DNA of 52,575 bases, filler included, from Sphacelaria rigidula (Eukaryota), in assembly GCA_964200075.2 (NCBI GenBank). It is 4 parts of 4 records of this genome, joined end to end, with 100 filler letters (N's around TTAATTAATTAA, not from the genome) between each part and the next. Parts side by side here need not be neighbours in the genome. Positions count along the whole stretch, not along the records: positions 26,339 to 39,407 come from CAXNAA020003178.1; 3 more parts are not named here. One strand, given 5' to 3'. The notes under the pieces are model-generated. The model made no database searches. It was not told where the DNA came from and saw only the letters and a list, made by a program, of their open reading frames with translations. Made by a program: the position numbers and the translations under genes. This document shows positions 26,339 through 38,685 of this stretch, one piece after another (position 1 is the stretch's first letter; every line of letters starts with the position of its first letter).

Positions 26339-26547
26339 CCCCCCCCTGTCCACTCCTCTCCCACTCTCTCCCCCCTCCCTCTCAAGTACCAGCAACCTGT
26401 TTGTGCTCCGCAGAGCGTCTACGAACGAACCCCAGGGTCCTCAAGTAGAGTGCCGACAAAGAGTCGTTGAAGGCGTAGGGTTCACATAACAAAACGAAAG
26501 GAAGTGAAATTCCTGCTTCCCCCCCGTGTCATTTCGTGTCTTTCCAG

Positions 26548-26661
26548 GCGTCGACATCAGTGGGCAACAGCACTGGGAACGGATGGGGGGCGGCTGCTGC
26601 TGGCACAAGCATGGGCTGGGGCACGAAAGACACGTCCACGGCGTCTCCTGCGGAGTCTCAG
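26548..26661 (+). CDS. Low-complexity GW/Q/G/Y-rich protein, internal exon A (ASTSVGNSTGNGWGAAAAGTSMGWGTKDTSTASPAESQ)
   Basis: tttccag| acceptor and CAG|gtgagg donor; 114 nt, phase 0-0. Confidence 0.75.
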
Positions 26662-27200
26662 GTGAGGGGGGGGAAACTGTCGAAGACATGAGGCAGACCG
26701 GAAATGCCGCGTGTTGGAAGTCAAATTGAATTTGCATCCCTACAACGCCGGAATACGGTACGACGGGTTTCGCCAGACCGGGCTCGCCGCGATCACCTAG
26801 CGCCAAACGTCATGAGTTCGGCATGTCGCATGGAGGATAGGCTGTATCCTGATGAGATCATTGGACCCGAATTATTTTTGCATGTGGGTGACAGCCTGAA
26901 ATTAGTTACGTCATTTTTGGGTATCGCCACTCCTAGAGACAGCCAAAGGTTACGCGCTGTTTAACATTTGTCTCACCATTCCAACACTACGTAGTTCGAT
27001 CATCTCCTTTGCGCGCAGTTTAGGTTCTTCACCCCGCACAAAATGATCCAAGTCAAGCATAAAAAAGTTACCGCGAATACGATCAAAGTGAGCGAAGGAA
27101 AGCGGCAATTTGGTTGCCTAGCGTACGCAGTGAGTGGCGTGTCTTCCGGTGCCGTTGCAAACCAACATCAACTCTCCAAGGGGGGTAGAGGAGAGGGGGG

Positions 27201-27267
27201 GGCGTACTCATTTGTTGCTTGCCTTAGTCGTGTGACCATTGACCACGCATCCCTTTCGAGACGGAGC
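27201..27267 (-). mobile_element. 67-nt 5'-truncated LINE tail with a 17-bp target-site duplication
   Basis: ggtagaggagagggggg at 27184-27200 and 27268-27284 flanks the reverse-complemented LINE terminus. Confidence 0.85.
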
Positions 27268-28289
27268 GGTAGAGGAGAGGGGGGAGATTCTCCGGGGGTG
27301 CTCTCGTTACAGGGGCACGACTAGGAGAGATGCGATTGACGATTTTCTCGTGTGGAGAAGGAAGACGCACAGTGCATGTCGAGTCACGCCGATTTAGGTC
27401 GTTTTTTTCACTCGAGAAAATTGGTTCTAATATGCCGTACACGCAGCTCCTGTCATCTCGAGGGAGGGATGGGGAGCGTACCATGCATCTCGTATCGAGC
27501 CAAGTTTTTTTTTTTCTGTTCAGGCACAGTAGGGTGCAGTTTTTATTATAAGGGTACGGACGTGAATTCGGTGCACCCTAGGCTACGAAGCGTTATCCAT
27601 CGTTCGGGCCGATGAAAACCCGACCGCATTTATCTCGTTAACTGGAGCAGTCCACGCTGCTCGAAGTTGATTCGTCGAAGATTTACGTTAATATGAAATG
27701 TATATATATTTTCGGTGAAGAGGTTTCTTACACGACGTCCACAGCCTCATTTTCAAAGAAAGAGAAGAGCTTCACATTTTTATTCATTCGCTCCGGGTGA
27801 TCGACTCTGTGGCTTGAGCTACTACGTCTGCACCGTAGTCTATCTATGCTGTACTGCGCATCCTATCACCTGATTCATGTCTATTCCTCCGGAATGCCCG
27901 CTGACCCTACCATGAACACGAAGCTGCGGGTTTCTTCCCCCTGTAAAAGCAGTCGTTTCAGCACCTCGACGCACAAAGTGGTTCATAAGACGTACGTGTA
28001 TTCAAGTGGAGTATCTCATGATCAGAGGGCTGCCTCAAGTCCGTGGCAGGATCTGGTTTGGCGTAGCGAATCCGAGGACGGCATTGAAATGAACCCCCAA
28101 TCGAGCGCTCGACCCTTCTTTTTGTGTCGTCAACTACCTTTGCTTTCGTCCTTGTTCCTGTCTGTTTCTGTTTCACCGGTCCTGTACATAAACATCGATA
28201 AATATGTCCTGTAAATGTTGATGTTACTTTCCGATCCGTGCCTCGCTATCTTCTATTTGCGGTATCTTCTGTCCCATTTTAAAATACAG

Positions 28290-28406
28290 GCAGCAAAGCC
28301 ACCTGGTTTCGCGTCGGCGGCTGCAACGGCATCGCCTGCGGCGGCCTCGCTCCCTGTGGGCGCTGGACCTCCACCGGGATTGCCCCCCCTTGGCAACGTC
28401 AAACAG
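28290..28406 (+). CDS. Low-complexity protein exon B (AAKPPGFAS...PPPGLPPLGNVKQ)
   Basis: atacag| acceptor; 117 nt; ends at CAG|gcgagt, a probable GC donor. Confidence 0.75.
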
Positions 28407-28937
28407 GCGAGTCGCTTGCGTCTTACTTTGTTGTGCTGGTTGTCGCCGTGTAGGGGAGTGGTTTCAATGGTCGTGATGGTTAGCGACATGTTTTTCTCGC
28501 CGAGGCGTTTTGAGGCACGAAATGTCCATCGCAAGAACGTGTGGCGCCTTGCTTTTTCTTGGCGCCCACCCTGTTGGTGAGGGTATGGAAGTGCAGTTCT
28601 TCTCGTGGTTTCTCTTGATCGCCAGGAACACGATGTGTTGTACTTTTTTTTTTTCAGAAATAAACGTTTGTTGACTTCATTTCGTGCACGACAGCTGTAG
28701 TTCAGTGGGGTAGTTGTAATATGGATGGGGAGTGTTGGGAGCGTTGAGGTAAGAGAGTCGAAAGGCGCAAATTGTTTTACTATGAGCATCGTTATGTATG
28801 TTCGCGTTTCTCGGTTTATCTCATGGCTACGATATGAGGTAGACTCCGTATTACTCCCCCACGGGGGGCAGGGGGGGGGGCATGCGTCCAGGGAGTAAAT
28901 GTAAAACACGAATACCTTTTCACTGCGTTTCGAGCAG

Positions 28938-29051
28938 GTGCACGAGCTGGAGGCGGAGATGGATGGACTGAACAAGACCCACTCGCAGTACGCCCCGAAG
29001 GCACAGAGCAAGCTACCCACAGCTCAGCAGCCGCATCAGCAGCAGCAACAG
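28938..29051 (+). CDS. Low-complexity protein exon C (VHELEAEMDGLNKTHSQYAPK...QQQQQ)
   Basis: cgagcag| acceptor; 114 nt; ends at CAG|gcacgt, a probable GC donor. Confidence 0.75.
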
Positions 29052-29544
29052 GCACGTGCGGTGGGACTCTGTGTATGCCACTGACTGGGTGATGACTTAT
29101 TTGTGGGCCGAAAACCTGAAAACATGGGGGCGGGGGGGATCGAGAGAGGAGTATGATATTCAACGTATCCCGGCGCAGAGTTGTAGGTGCTCGCACGGTT
29201 TCAAATTATCGAAGAATTTCGTCCGCTGCGGGTGATGTGCACCTTACAAGTGGTGGTGGAATGTCTTGTTGTGCATTTTATGCGATGGTACTGCCCTACT
29301 TGAAATGGTTTCGTGGAAGATATGGCCGAGTCGCGACTGGCACGTACGAGTCTTTTCTCGAGGATTTGTATGTCAGCGGCGACATCAAAGGCACTTAGCA
29401 CCCGTGATGTGTGCTCAACACGTCTCATCGGCTTTTGACTGAGAGCGAAGATTACACATTTCCCTCCCTCCTCTCCCTCTTGGAATTTAGGTGTGACTGC
29501 TAGTGGAAGTTTAGCCTCAAGTTTTCGAAATTGGGTCAAGTTTC

Positions 29545-30441
29545 CAAGGTTGTGTTGTGTAAGGTACGGTTTTCTGTATACCCGGGGTACTTTTCCGGGT
29601 ATGTACCGTACCCGACAGTTCTGTGACTCCTGTAAGACTTTCCTCCCGGTACCCGACAGTTCTTTAAACTCTGTGAAACTTTCATGCCCTTACCCGATAG
29701 TTCTGTGAGTTCTGTAACCCTCCTGTACCCGTTACCGGGGGCACGGGTACGCTCCCGATGAGATACCCGGTTGCGTGCACGGTTGTCTTCGCGATCTCCA
29801 TACCGTACCCGACAGTTTCTGTGAGCTCTGTAAGCCTCCCATACCCTTCCCCGACAGTTATATGAGTTCTGTACTAAACATTTACCCTAACCCAAGGGGC
29901 GGGTACACCCTAAAAGAGTTACCAGATTGCTGGTACCGGTTTTCTGTGAGCCTCTTATACCGCACCCGACAAGTTCTGTAAACTCCGTGAGGCGTTCATA
30001 CCGGTACCCGACAGTTCTGTAACCTCTGGAAGACTTTCATACCCTTACCCGATAGTTCTGTGAGTCCTGCAACCCTCCCGTACCCGTTACCAGGGGCACG
30101 GGTACGCTCTGGATGAGATACCCGGTTGCGGGTACGGTTGTCTGTGCGATCTCCACACCGTATCCAGCAGTTTCTGTGAATGCTGTGAGTTCTGTAGAAA
30201 ACATTTACCCTAACCCGAGGGGCGGGTATACCCGAGAAGGGTTTTACCCGATTGCCGGTACCGGTTTTCTGCGAGCCTGCCATACCGTACCCGACAAGTT
30301 CTGTAAACTCCGTAAGGCGTGCATACCGGTATCCGACAGTTCTGTAACCTTTTGCAAGACTTTCATACCGGTACCCGATATTCCTGGAAGTTCTGTAAGG
30401 AATCTCATACCCTACAGGGCGTGCCTGTACTCACAATCTTG
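29545..30441. mobile_element. Non-autonomous hAT-like element with internal subrepeats, located in an intron
   Basis: caagtttc|caaggttgtg ... cacaatcttg|caagtttt: TIR 9/10 and 8-bp duplication 7/8. The interior is built from gtacccgacagttctgt motifs arranged in ~320-360-bp higher-order units. Confidence 0.7.
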
Positions 30442-30570
30442 CAAGTTTTCCAGGCGCATGTTCTTGCCCCCCCTCCCCCCCCCCCACTACCCTGTATACA
30501 GAGTGAAACAGTGATGTTGTTTTATCCTTCTCTCGTTGTTATTTGTGTTTCCTTCGTGCCAATTGTGCAG

Positions 30571-30789
30571 GTCCAGCAGGTACCACAGGTGCAGCAGAGC
30601 CAGCAGTCGCCGGCTACCAGGCAGCCGCGGACAACTTCTCGAGAAGTTCAGCAACAGGTGCAACAGGTACAGCAATCATCGTCCCAGCAACAGCAGAGGC
30701 AGGTGCCCGTGCCGGTCCCTACTCAGCAGCAGCCTGCACCTCCGCCGCCGTCTCAGCCGCTTGTTCAGCAGCAGCAGACGCAGCCTCAG
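30571..30789 (+). CDS. Low-complexity protein exon D (Q/P-rich)
   Basis: gtgcag| acceptor and CAG|gtgtga donor; 219 nt, phase 0-0. Confidence 0.85.
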
Positions 30790-31464
30790 GTGTGAGAAAA
30801 TCTACTAGAATGCGACCGTTATTTTATTGGTCCGTTGTTCCGTTGTGGACGTTCCCCTTAACGAGGATACCGTACCTCCTTTCTGCTGTGTCTGGGGGGT
30901 CAAGCATGTCAGAACTTTTCCAACATTTTTTTTTTTCGTGTAGGAGTGACGAGCTGTGTGGGCTTGGGGGAATATTCCCCAGCTCGAAGGATCAGCCAGT
31001 CCGCGCGTTTGGATTGATTGGTTCGTTTGAGCTCGTTTTTCTTCCTCGTCTCCCTTCTCTAATCGTTGTCTATGAAGCATCTATGGTGGTTTTTGATTGG
31101 TGGATGGGGCTGATCAAGAAAGCCAAGCAGTCAGTACTAACCACAGCAACACTCGTTGCTTTTGCTGCCGACACGAAGCGACGAGCGAAAGCGACTGCGT
31201 TATATCTGTCACAAGAGGCCCTCCGAGAGAGAAGATCGACTTGGTTGACCCGAGTTTCGGGCGATTGAGAATTTTACTTGGTTTCATGTCGCAAGGTCGA
31301 GTGACTTGTTTTCGGTCGCGGTGGTCAGCAGACGGGGGGGCAATCGCATTTATATGGAATCAGCGTCTTCCGACGACAATCGTATTTCGAGGCGATCATA
31401 GTTGGTGATTTCCCGGGGTCCCTTGTTTTCTAACCAAAACATGTTCGGTTCTTCGATTTGACAG

Positions 31465-31857
31465 GTGCAGCAGCAACAACAACCATCACCCCAGCAGCAG
31501 CAACAACAACAACAGCAACAGCAGCAGCCTGTTGTGTCTGCGCCCCCCGCAGTTCAACAGCAGACGCAGCCGCAACATCAGCCGCACCAAAGCCCGCATC
31601 ACCATCAATCCTCGTCGGTACAGCAGACGCATCAACAACACCAGCATCACCATTCGCAGCAACAGCAGTCCTCGTCTGCTAGCGTGGCGGCTGTGTCGGC
31701 TGTGTCGGCGACGGCTGATACTAGCGGCAGCAGTAGCAGTTCTCACTTGCAGATTCAGCAGCAAGCTCAGCAACAGGCCCAGCAGCAAGCCCAGCAGCAG
31801 TCGCACCAACAACACCACCACCAGCAATCGCATGGACAGCAGCAGCAGCAGTCGCAT

Positions 31858-31889
<32 letters not shown>

Positions 31890-32043
31890 CCATCATCAGC
31901 AACAACAGCAGCAGCACGGGGGGCAGCATCAACACAGCCAACACGCGAGCAGCGTTTCGGCGTCATCCGCGTCTGCGTCATCCGCGTCTACGTCTTCGCA
32001 CTTGCAGCCTTCTCCACAGCAGCAAAGCAGAAAAGACCAACAG
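31465..32043 (+). CDS. Low-complexity protein exon E (polyQ/H/S)
   Basis: tgacag| acceptor and CAG|gtcggg donor; 579 nt; mixed CAG/CAA codons. Confidence 0.85.
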
Positions 32044-32650
32044 GTCGGGGGAAATGAAATGACGAAGAATACTGCTATGAATAGTTGTTGCAAGTAACAT
32101 ATCAGATTCCGTACCTTGAAAGCAAATGGAATGTAGCTGATCTACTCTCCAATCACATCCGTCCAACTGACAAGAGTGGCTTGCTTATTTGCGCCCATGG
32201 TTTGTAATTATCCGTTGTCGATAAGTAGTCCCGCTCACGAACCGCCACCCCAATGGGCCAAGAAGGAGATGATGACAATGCAGGATAACCGCGACAAATG
32301 AGAGTTCGAGACTTGAGTTGGGATATGAATGCTGCACGCGCCAGACGACGATTCCTGCTCGTGGTCTTTGCCTGGTTTAGTTGAGTTTTTCTTGCGTGAT
32401 GTGTAGAACATAAATGAAGCCGTGCATTTTGCCGTGAGGCAGGTGTTCACAGATCTTGATGGAGCGATTAATTAATACAGTAGCGGAAACAGGAAGCAGA
32501 ACGTTTTGAACATTTGCTGTTTTTTTTTTCTTGTCGATGTACCGCTCGTCTCCATGACATATGTGAAACAGGGCGGGTGAAACGATCACTAGAGTTGAGT
32601 AGCAGTCAAGTTTTTGTTCGGGGGCGAGTTTCCGAAAAGTATGGTGTGTT

Positions 32651-32726
32651 TTCAGGGAGCGAACAGTTGACCCATTGAACCAGTAAGCGCCCACTGGTTC
32701 AATGGGTCAACTGTTGGCCTCCTGAA
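32651..32726. repeat. Intronic hairpin or tiny MITE
   Basis: Perfect 23-bp inverted repeat aacagttgacccattgaaccagt (32662-32684 and 32693-32715) with an 8-nt loop; outer ttcagg...cctgaa. Confidence 0.8.
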
Positions 32727-32944
32727 CCTCGTGTGCCCCCTTCGACAGAGGGTGGTGCTGTGATTGCATAGCAAAACCTGTCTTGTTTCAATGAACTGCT
32801 TTGCTTCATGTGGAGGATTGGTGATCTGCTTCAAGCCCCGAAAATAACAGATGCGGCTACCGTGCAACAGTCGCCTATACTACGTGTCCACCTTCTGTCG
32901 AATAACTCTGTAGTTTGTTCTGTTTCGTGTTTTGAAAATCTTAG

Positions 32945-33025
32945 CAGCAACGACAACGGCAACAAAGTGGGCGAAGCGGCTACAGCAAGCCGCAGTACGG
33001 AAGCAGCGCCGGCTTATCCCAGCAG
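32945..33025 (+). CDS. Low-complexity protein exon F (QQRQRQQSGRSGYSKPQYGSSAGLSQQ)
   Basis: tcttag|cag (NAGNAG) acceptor and CAG|gtgaaa donor; 81 nt. Confidence 0.75.
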
Positions 33026-33560
33026 GTGAAAGGTAGCGTTTCGTCATGGTGGCGTGTCACTGATGAAACGCTATTGTTACCTGCCTCCAGATTGCGGTGT
33101 TGATTTCGTGTTATTGCTGTTGTTTGAGTCATTTTTCGAGGAATATGTTAGTGTCATTTTCCATCGAGTCCGGTGCTTTGCCAATTCGAACGATTACGGC
33201 TTCTCCAATTCGCGAATGACTTGAACAATGTCTGGGGAAATGTTCCGAAAATGATCACCTTGGAGCATGTCCACTCCTTCCCCACCCCACCCATCTTTTT
33301 CTCTGTCTCTCTTTCTCGACGTCCTCAACGTCCTCAACGTGAAATGAATACCATCACGTGATGGGAAGACCAATGTCTGCCGCAATGATTGGTTGACAAC
33401 GAAGGGTGATATTGCAGATCCCTTCCCCTGCTCATTTCACCTCTTCCTCCGCCTTGCATCTTTCGCGTCCCTCGTGTTTGCCCTTGTCCCTTTCTCTCTC
33501 TATGCTTCCGTGCTCTTGTTCGTGTTCGTGCGTGTTTCGCTTTGTCTTGGCTTCGATAAG

Positions 33561-33875
33561 GGCAACTTTTACTCGAACACGTCAAGCTTGTCCAGCTCTG
33601 CGAAGCCCGCTCCGGGAGGCGTGTACTCAGCGCCGACGCCGCCGACCGTTCACGGAGGCGGTGGGGGCGGGGGCCACGGGAGCAGTTCGCACGGCTCGCC
33701 TGGGACAGGCAGCGCGGCGGCGACTGCTGCCGCTGCGTCGAAGCCGTTGTATGGCGCTCAGCAGACGTCGAGTACTGGGGGCAGCAGTGCAACAGGAGGC
33801 GTGTCTGGTGGCACAGGGGGGCCCAGCGGGATGGGGGGTATGCAGCAGGGTGCGGGGAATCAGCAGCCTCAGCAG
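33561..33875 (+). CDS. Low-complexity protein exon G (G/S/A-rich)
   Basis: Long pyrimidine tract, gataag| acceptor and CAG|gttggt donor; 315 nt. Confidence 0.82.
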
Positions 33876-34602
33876 GTTGGTGGTGGGGAGGTGCGCGGTA
33901 CTATCTTGCTGGTCGTGTTATGATTTTGTGACTACATGTTTGGATTGTCAATATTCTGTGGATATATACATGTATATACATTGGCTAGATGTTTGTGTTT
34001 GGTGGGAGTAAGGTCTGCAAATGTTCAAACTTTGGTATGTGCAATGTGAATGTGTTGACTCGAATCGAAATGATTTAGAGGTACTTGTAGGTTGCGCGAA
34101 ACATTGTTCTTGCTTGGTGGGGGGAGGGGGGGGGGGAGAGGAAGGGAGGCGGGGATTGAACAGAGGTTTGCGAGCAAGTCGAGATACAAGAGGGATCCTC
34201 CCTGAGTGTTGACTTTCTTTTCTCGTGCTTCGAAATTCAAAATTTAAGTCGAGCTTTTTCAAGAAGCGGAGGGGGGGAGGGGCAGCATGAAAGCATGCTC
34301 GATCACTAAGAACGATAAGTTGGATTCAGAGAATCGCATCACGTGTTGGTCCATAGGTAGTACTGTCGCCACGTTCATGGAAGGCGGCGTATATATCCTG
34401 TAGCTCTTTCTCTCCATCGGTTGGCTACCGGGCTTCGCTGCTAGGGCCGTGTGTAATTGATCTGTTTTATAGTGTATTACATTTCGGCCGCCAACTAAGT
34501 GCTTGCATGTTGGTTCGTTGGGGTGGTGTGTTTTGTGGGGCGCTTCTTGTGGGGGGAATGGGGACTTTTGTCTGGCCTTCGTTTTTTGTTGTGTTTTGGC
34601 AG

Positions 34603-34706
34603 GCGCCCCCGCCGCAACAACAGCAAGGGTATGCTCCCACGCCCCCTGGCATGCCGGCACAGGTCGGATACCAGTACAACCCTTCCGGGCAGGCGTACGG
34701 CAGTAT
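34603..34706 (+). CDS. Low-complexity protein exon H (APPPQQQQGYAPTPPGMPAQVGYQYNP...)
   Basis: ttggcag| acceptor and AT|gtgagt donor (phase 2). Confidence 0.8.
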
Positions 34707-35541
34707 GTGAGTTTGGCCAGGGGGGGAAGCGAACAATGTGTTATCTGGGGGGTCTGTCCATCTAAAACCTCGCCAGGAAGTGTGTCGTGTACGTATGCGT
34801 CTCATCATCGTGTATCGCACATCTGTTCACCCTCATCAACATGGTATTGTTCACTTTTATATCGGGTGGACCCCGGACCCGCCCCCCGAAACACGGGTCC
34901 TCATTCTTTATTGTGGATACCTTGTACCACCCGTCTCCTCTCCCCTGCAGGTGTTTACTCCATTATTTTAAACTGCGTGACACATGTTTGGTGTTGGTTC
35001 CGGCCAGATATGTATTCAAGAAAAATTATAGTAATGATCATGGATGACGACAAAAGCACCCGACTACCGTCCGAAACCACGGAGATGAAAAAGAGAGGCC
35101 ACCTATATGTGCACAGAGCAGATGATTTTTTTCAATGTGTCTTTCTGTGTATCCCGTCAAGGATACTTTTGTAAAAAAACCCATGGGGGAGAGGAAACGT
35201 TCATCATCCACTTAGCAGTACTTAACACACAACTCTCCACTTGTATATACGTGCGCAGTGCTATCCCTTTACTTACTGACCAACCTGTCCTTGTGACTCA
35301 ACAAATCTGCATCTGAAAAGTGCTCACTCCGAGATTTTTTGTATGGAGTCGTTTGTCTTTGCCGTGCGTACTCTCGTGTCGTTTACCGTGTTAACCGTCG
35401 TATGTGAAGCATGCCTGATTTGCACCGTTTTGCGTGTGAGTATGTGTGTGTGCTACTATGTCTCCCCTTCTCATTCCTATGACTACCGTGCGTCGTTTGC
35501 TCTCTCGACTCTTCTCCAATCTCGCCGTTGCTACTTCCCAG

Positions 35542-35667
35542 TTACTACGGCCAGCAGGGCCCGGTGCAGACAAATCCGTACCAGTACGGTTACCCTCACC
35601 AGTATCCTCCCGGTGCCAGCCAGTACCAGGGGGGTGGTGGGCAGCGTTTCCCCAACATGCCACGCGG
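35542..35667 (+). CDS. Low-complexity protein exon I (YYGQQGPVQTNPYQYGYPHQYPPG...)
   Basis: ttcccag|T completes phase 2; GG|gtgggt donor (phase 2). Confidence 0.8.
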
Positions 35668-37022
35668 GTGGGTGCCTCGATTCATTTGTGATAGGGTTAG
35701 GCCTCTGGGGGAGACTGGGTTTTGCTGTTGTCGCACATTTTGCCGTCGAGTAGTGAGCGAGAGGTGTACGCATAATCTAGTCATGCAACCATCGACCTTG
35801 CATTTCTACAAACCGGGACGGAGCACGCCGGGATTTCGCCGAACCAGGCTCCTAATCAATCACCAAGCGCGAAGCAATGTGGGGTGGGGGGGCCGGGGTC
35901 GGAGATGTAAGAACAAAGTGGAGGTCCTGTCGAACCGCAGTGCGGCTACCTGATACTAGTAGCTGAGGCGACTTTTGACAAGCAGGTAATGTTGACCGCC
36001 CATCGCGGGACACCGGTATCTTGGAGGGACCCCGTACTGTAGTCGTACGCGCGCTATACTGACGTGTGAAACATGCATTGTTTGCTTTTTTTCCCGTCCC
36101 TTCTGTGATCCGTGGGCACTACCCCCTCTCGTCCCCCCTGTTGACATGCTCCATTTTTCTAAGGGCGACTCACGTGTCGAATATTGGGCATTGGAAAAAT
36201 ACTGTGGAGGTCTGTTTTGTTGCAAGTTTTTTTGGGGTTACCACAGAAGGCTGTTTACCGTTCTGTTGGGAATTCGAGTTTGAGTTATGTGCGACCGGCG
36301 CGTGGGGGTGTCGTTTCGCGCAATCTCCAGTTCTCGCTTTGAAAATATATGTATATACATTAATGTTTCAGCATCCGAAGACATTATTAGTCGCATTTTT
36401 TTTTCTGTATTGTGTGTTCAGCGACCGATTCACATGCTAGCGTTGGGGTGCGTATAATGTGTATGGAATGTACGGAAATTCCTTCCCCCATCGCCCTGAA
36501 ATCGTTTTTAATATCGGATGGTGGCGAGAGATGAATCGCAATGCAGGGAGAGGACGAGATATGTAAAATGATATTGTGTGACAGATGAGAAAAATGAGGT
36601 CGTGAGTTCCCAAAATATTGGAGATGTCTATTTCATGAGAAGGACTGTGCTTCGTCTCGAAAGGAATGCGCGGTCAATGATCAAATGACTACGGTATAAA
36701 ACACATGAGTACGCCCCTTCCCCTCCCCATCCCCATCCCCATCATCCCCATGAAAGGACACGGAGGCTGCGCCTGCAAAACCAGAGAGATTACACAAGCG
36801 TCTTATGCGTGGCTGCTCCCCTTTTTTGCCGATTTTTGTATCCATATTCAGTTGGTGACTCACGTCCTGTCGGGCTTTGTTCCTGGATTGGGGAACGATT
36901 CGTTGCGTGAAAGGGCGGTGCAGTCAGTGATGGACATCTTCCGTTCTTGCATGCTATCGATATCTAACCGTGTACCCCCCCCCCCCCTCAACTTTTTCTC
37001 GTGTGCCTTTTTCACCTGGAAG

Positions 37023-37110
37023 ATACCCCGGGAATGACTACGGCAGCCAGGGAATGGGGATGGGTTACGGGCAGATGGACTACTCTGCAAGCAGCCAGTA
37101 CGGGGTGCCG
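37023..37110 (+). CDS. Low-complexity protein exon J (YPGNDYGSQGMGMGYGQMDYSASSQYGVP)
   Basis: ggaag|A completes the GGA codon; CCG|gtatgt donor. Confidence 0.8.
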
Positions 37111-38084
37111 GTATGTATGCGTCATGGCGTTTATTTGGTGCGTTTTCATGTTCTTTTCGTTCCTGTCTTGGAGTCTTCCGTCGTCTTTCGTAGCGGATAC
37201 ACACATGTATACATGCAATAAGATATACTCATACATACGCACACATATATGTACACATACCTACGTACATAACATAACATAACATAACGGGGGGAGATAT
37301 TGGTTTACCCCGTGAGACACGGATTCGTCCCGAGAAAATGGAAGGGATAGAAGTGAGAACGAGAGGGAAGAAATTAGCTCTTGTCCTCGTTGTGTGTTTT
37401 TTTGCGTTTGTATATCCTTGTGATTTCCGTACGGAACACATGTGTGCTAGGATTTTGTAGAGGCGTAGGAGCATGTATGTGGTACTGATGCCTCGGGCCA
37501 CCGAAGCGATTCGCGCTGTAGCGTTTTGTTCGAATTCTCCGACCAAATTGACCGTCTTGCGTCGGACGGGACCTGCGATCATGTCATGTTTGCCAACAAA
37601 ATATTCGAAATATAATCTTTCAAGAAATATTGCAAAAATAACGCCAGTCGGTTGCTGTGTGATGGTGCAGAAACAGCGCATCAGTATGAAGCTTCAATCA
37701 TCGTCTCTTGCGCGTTGTCGCAAGATGATACGCCTTTTGCACGCGCATCCAAGCAGTGGTCGCCTCGGAGGATGTATGGAAACTGAACACTGGCACTGGG
37801 GAAATAAGCGTGCTCAATGTGACGTAACAAAACAAAGCGAGACGGGTCCCGTGCAGCAGAGATCAAATTGTGGACGTTTAAGGTCGACGAGTGTTGCGTT
37901 ACTCGTGCTTCGTTACTTTGCCGCCGCCTGGTGATTACGTCGTAACGTGAGGTGAACACGTATTTGGGTGATGCAACGCATGCCATGGTTTGGATTTGGA
38001 CAAAGTCCCCCGAAACAGTCCTTCATGTGCGGCGGGAGAGTGCATGCATTTTTTCGGACGTCCGTGTTGCCCGTCTCCTCTTCC

Positions 38085-38201
38085 CACACCCACTTGTTGG
38101 AGTTGTCTCTGTTGGGGTAGAAACGGTGCTTCATCTCGAAACGGATGCGTGGTCAATGGTCAAATGACCGAGGCGAGCAGCCGATGAGCACCCCTCCCCC
38201 C
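38085..38201 (+). mobile_element. Older diverged copy of the LINE 3' tail
   Basis: ggtgcttcatctcgaaacggatgcgtggtcaatggtcaaatgaccgaggcgagcagccgatgagcacccctcccccc matches ~10784-10870. Confidence 0.7.
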
Positions 38202-38685
38202 AGACTGTGCAGCGTGACGAAAAAGCAGATTGTTGAGTGTCTGTTACTCATATCTTGGTGATTTTCGAGCAAGGACGGTGGATGTGCGGACCCCAAACGT
38301 TTTTTGCCGTAACACGTAGCGGTCGTGTTATGGAACGATAGTTCCTCCCCCTTGTCGACAACAGACAACTTGGCCGTTTCTGTGGCGTTATTTATCCACA
38401 CCTCGCGTATATATCAAATTGCAGGTGCAGATGATTTCGCTCTACTCCACTGTGGATTCTCTTCACGCTGCCTGCGCTGTTTCATTTCAAGGCGTGGAGC
38501 GCTTCATTTGTCTCCCTCTCAGGACTACCTCGTTTTGTTAACCAACAAATTTTTGCGTTCACAATGAGCTGAATAACGCTTGCGCTGTGCTGTTCCTCTC
38601 CCTTTTTACTCCTTCCCTCCCTCTCATTTCCTCTCTTTCTCTCACCCTTTTGTCTCTTGTCCCCTTCTCCTTGACTTTTAACCAG

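Noticed and set aside
31486..31944. Poly-Leu, poly-Ala and poly-Ser ORFs
   Set aside because: They are alternative frames and the antisense strand of the CAG-rich polyQ exon; the splice phases support only the Q frame.
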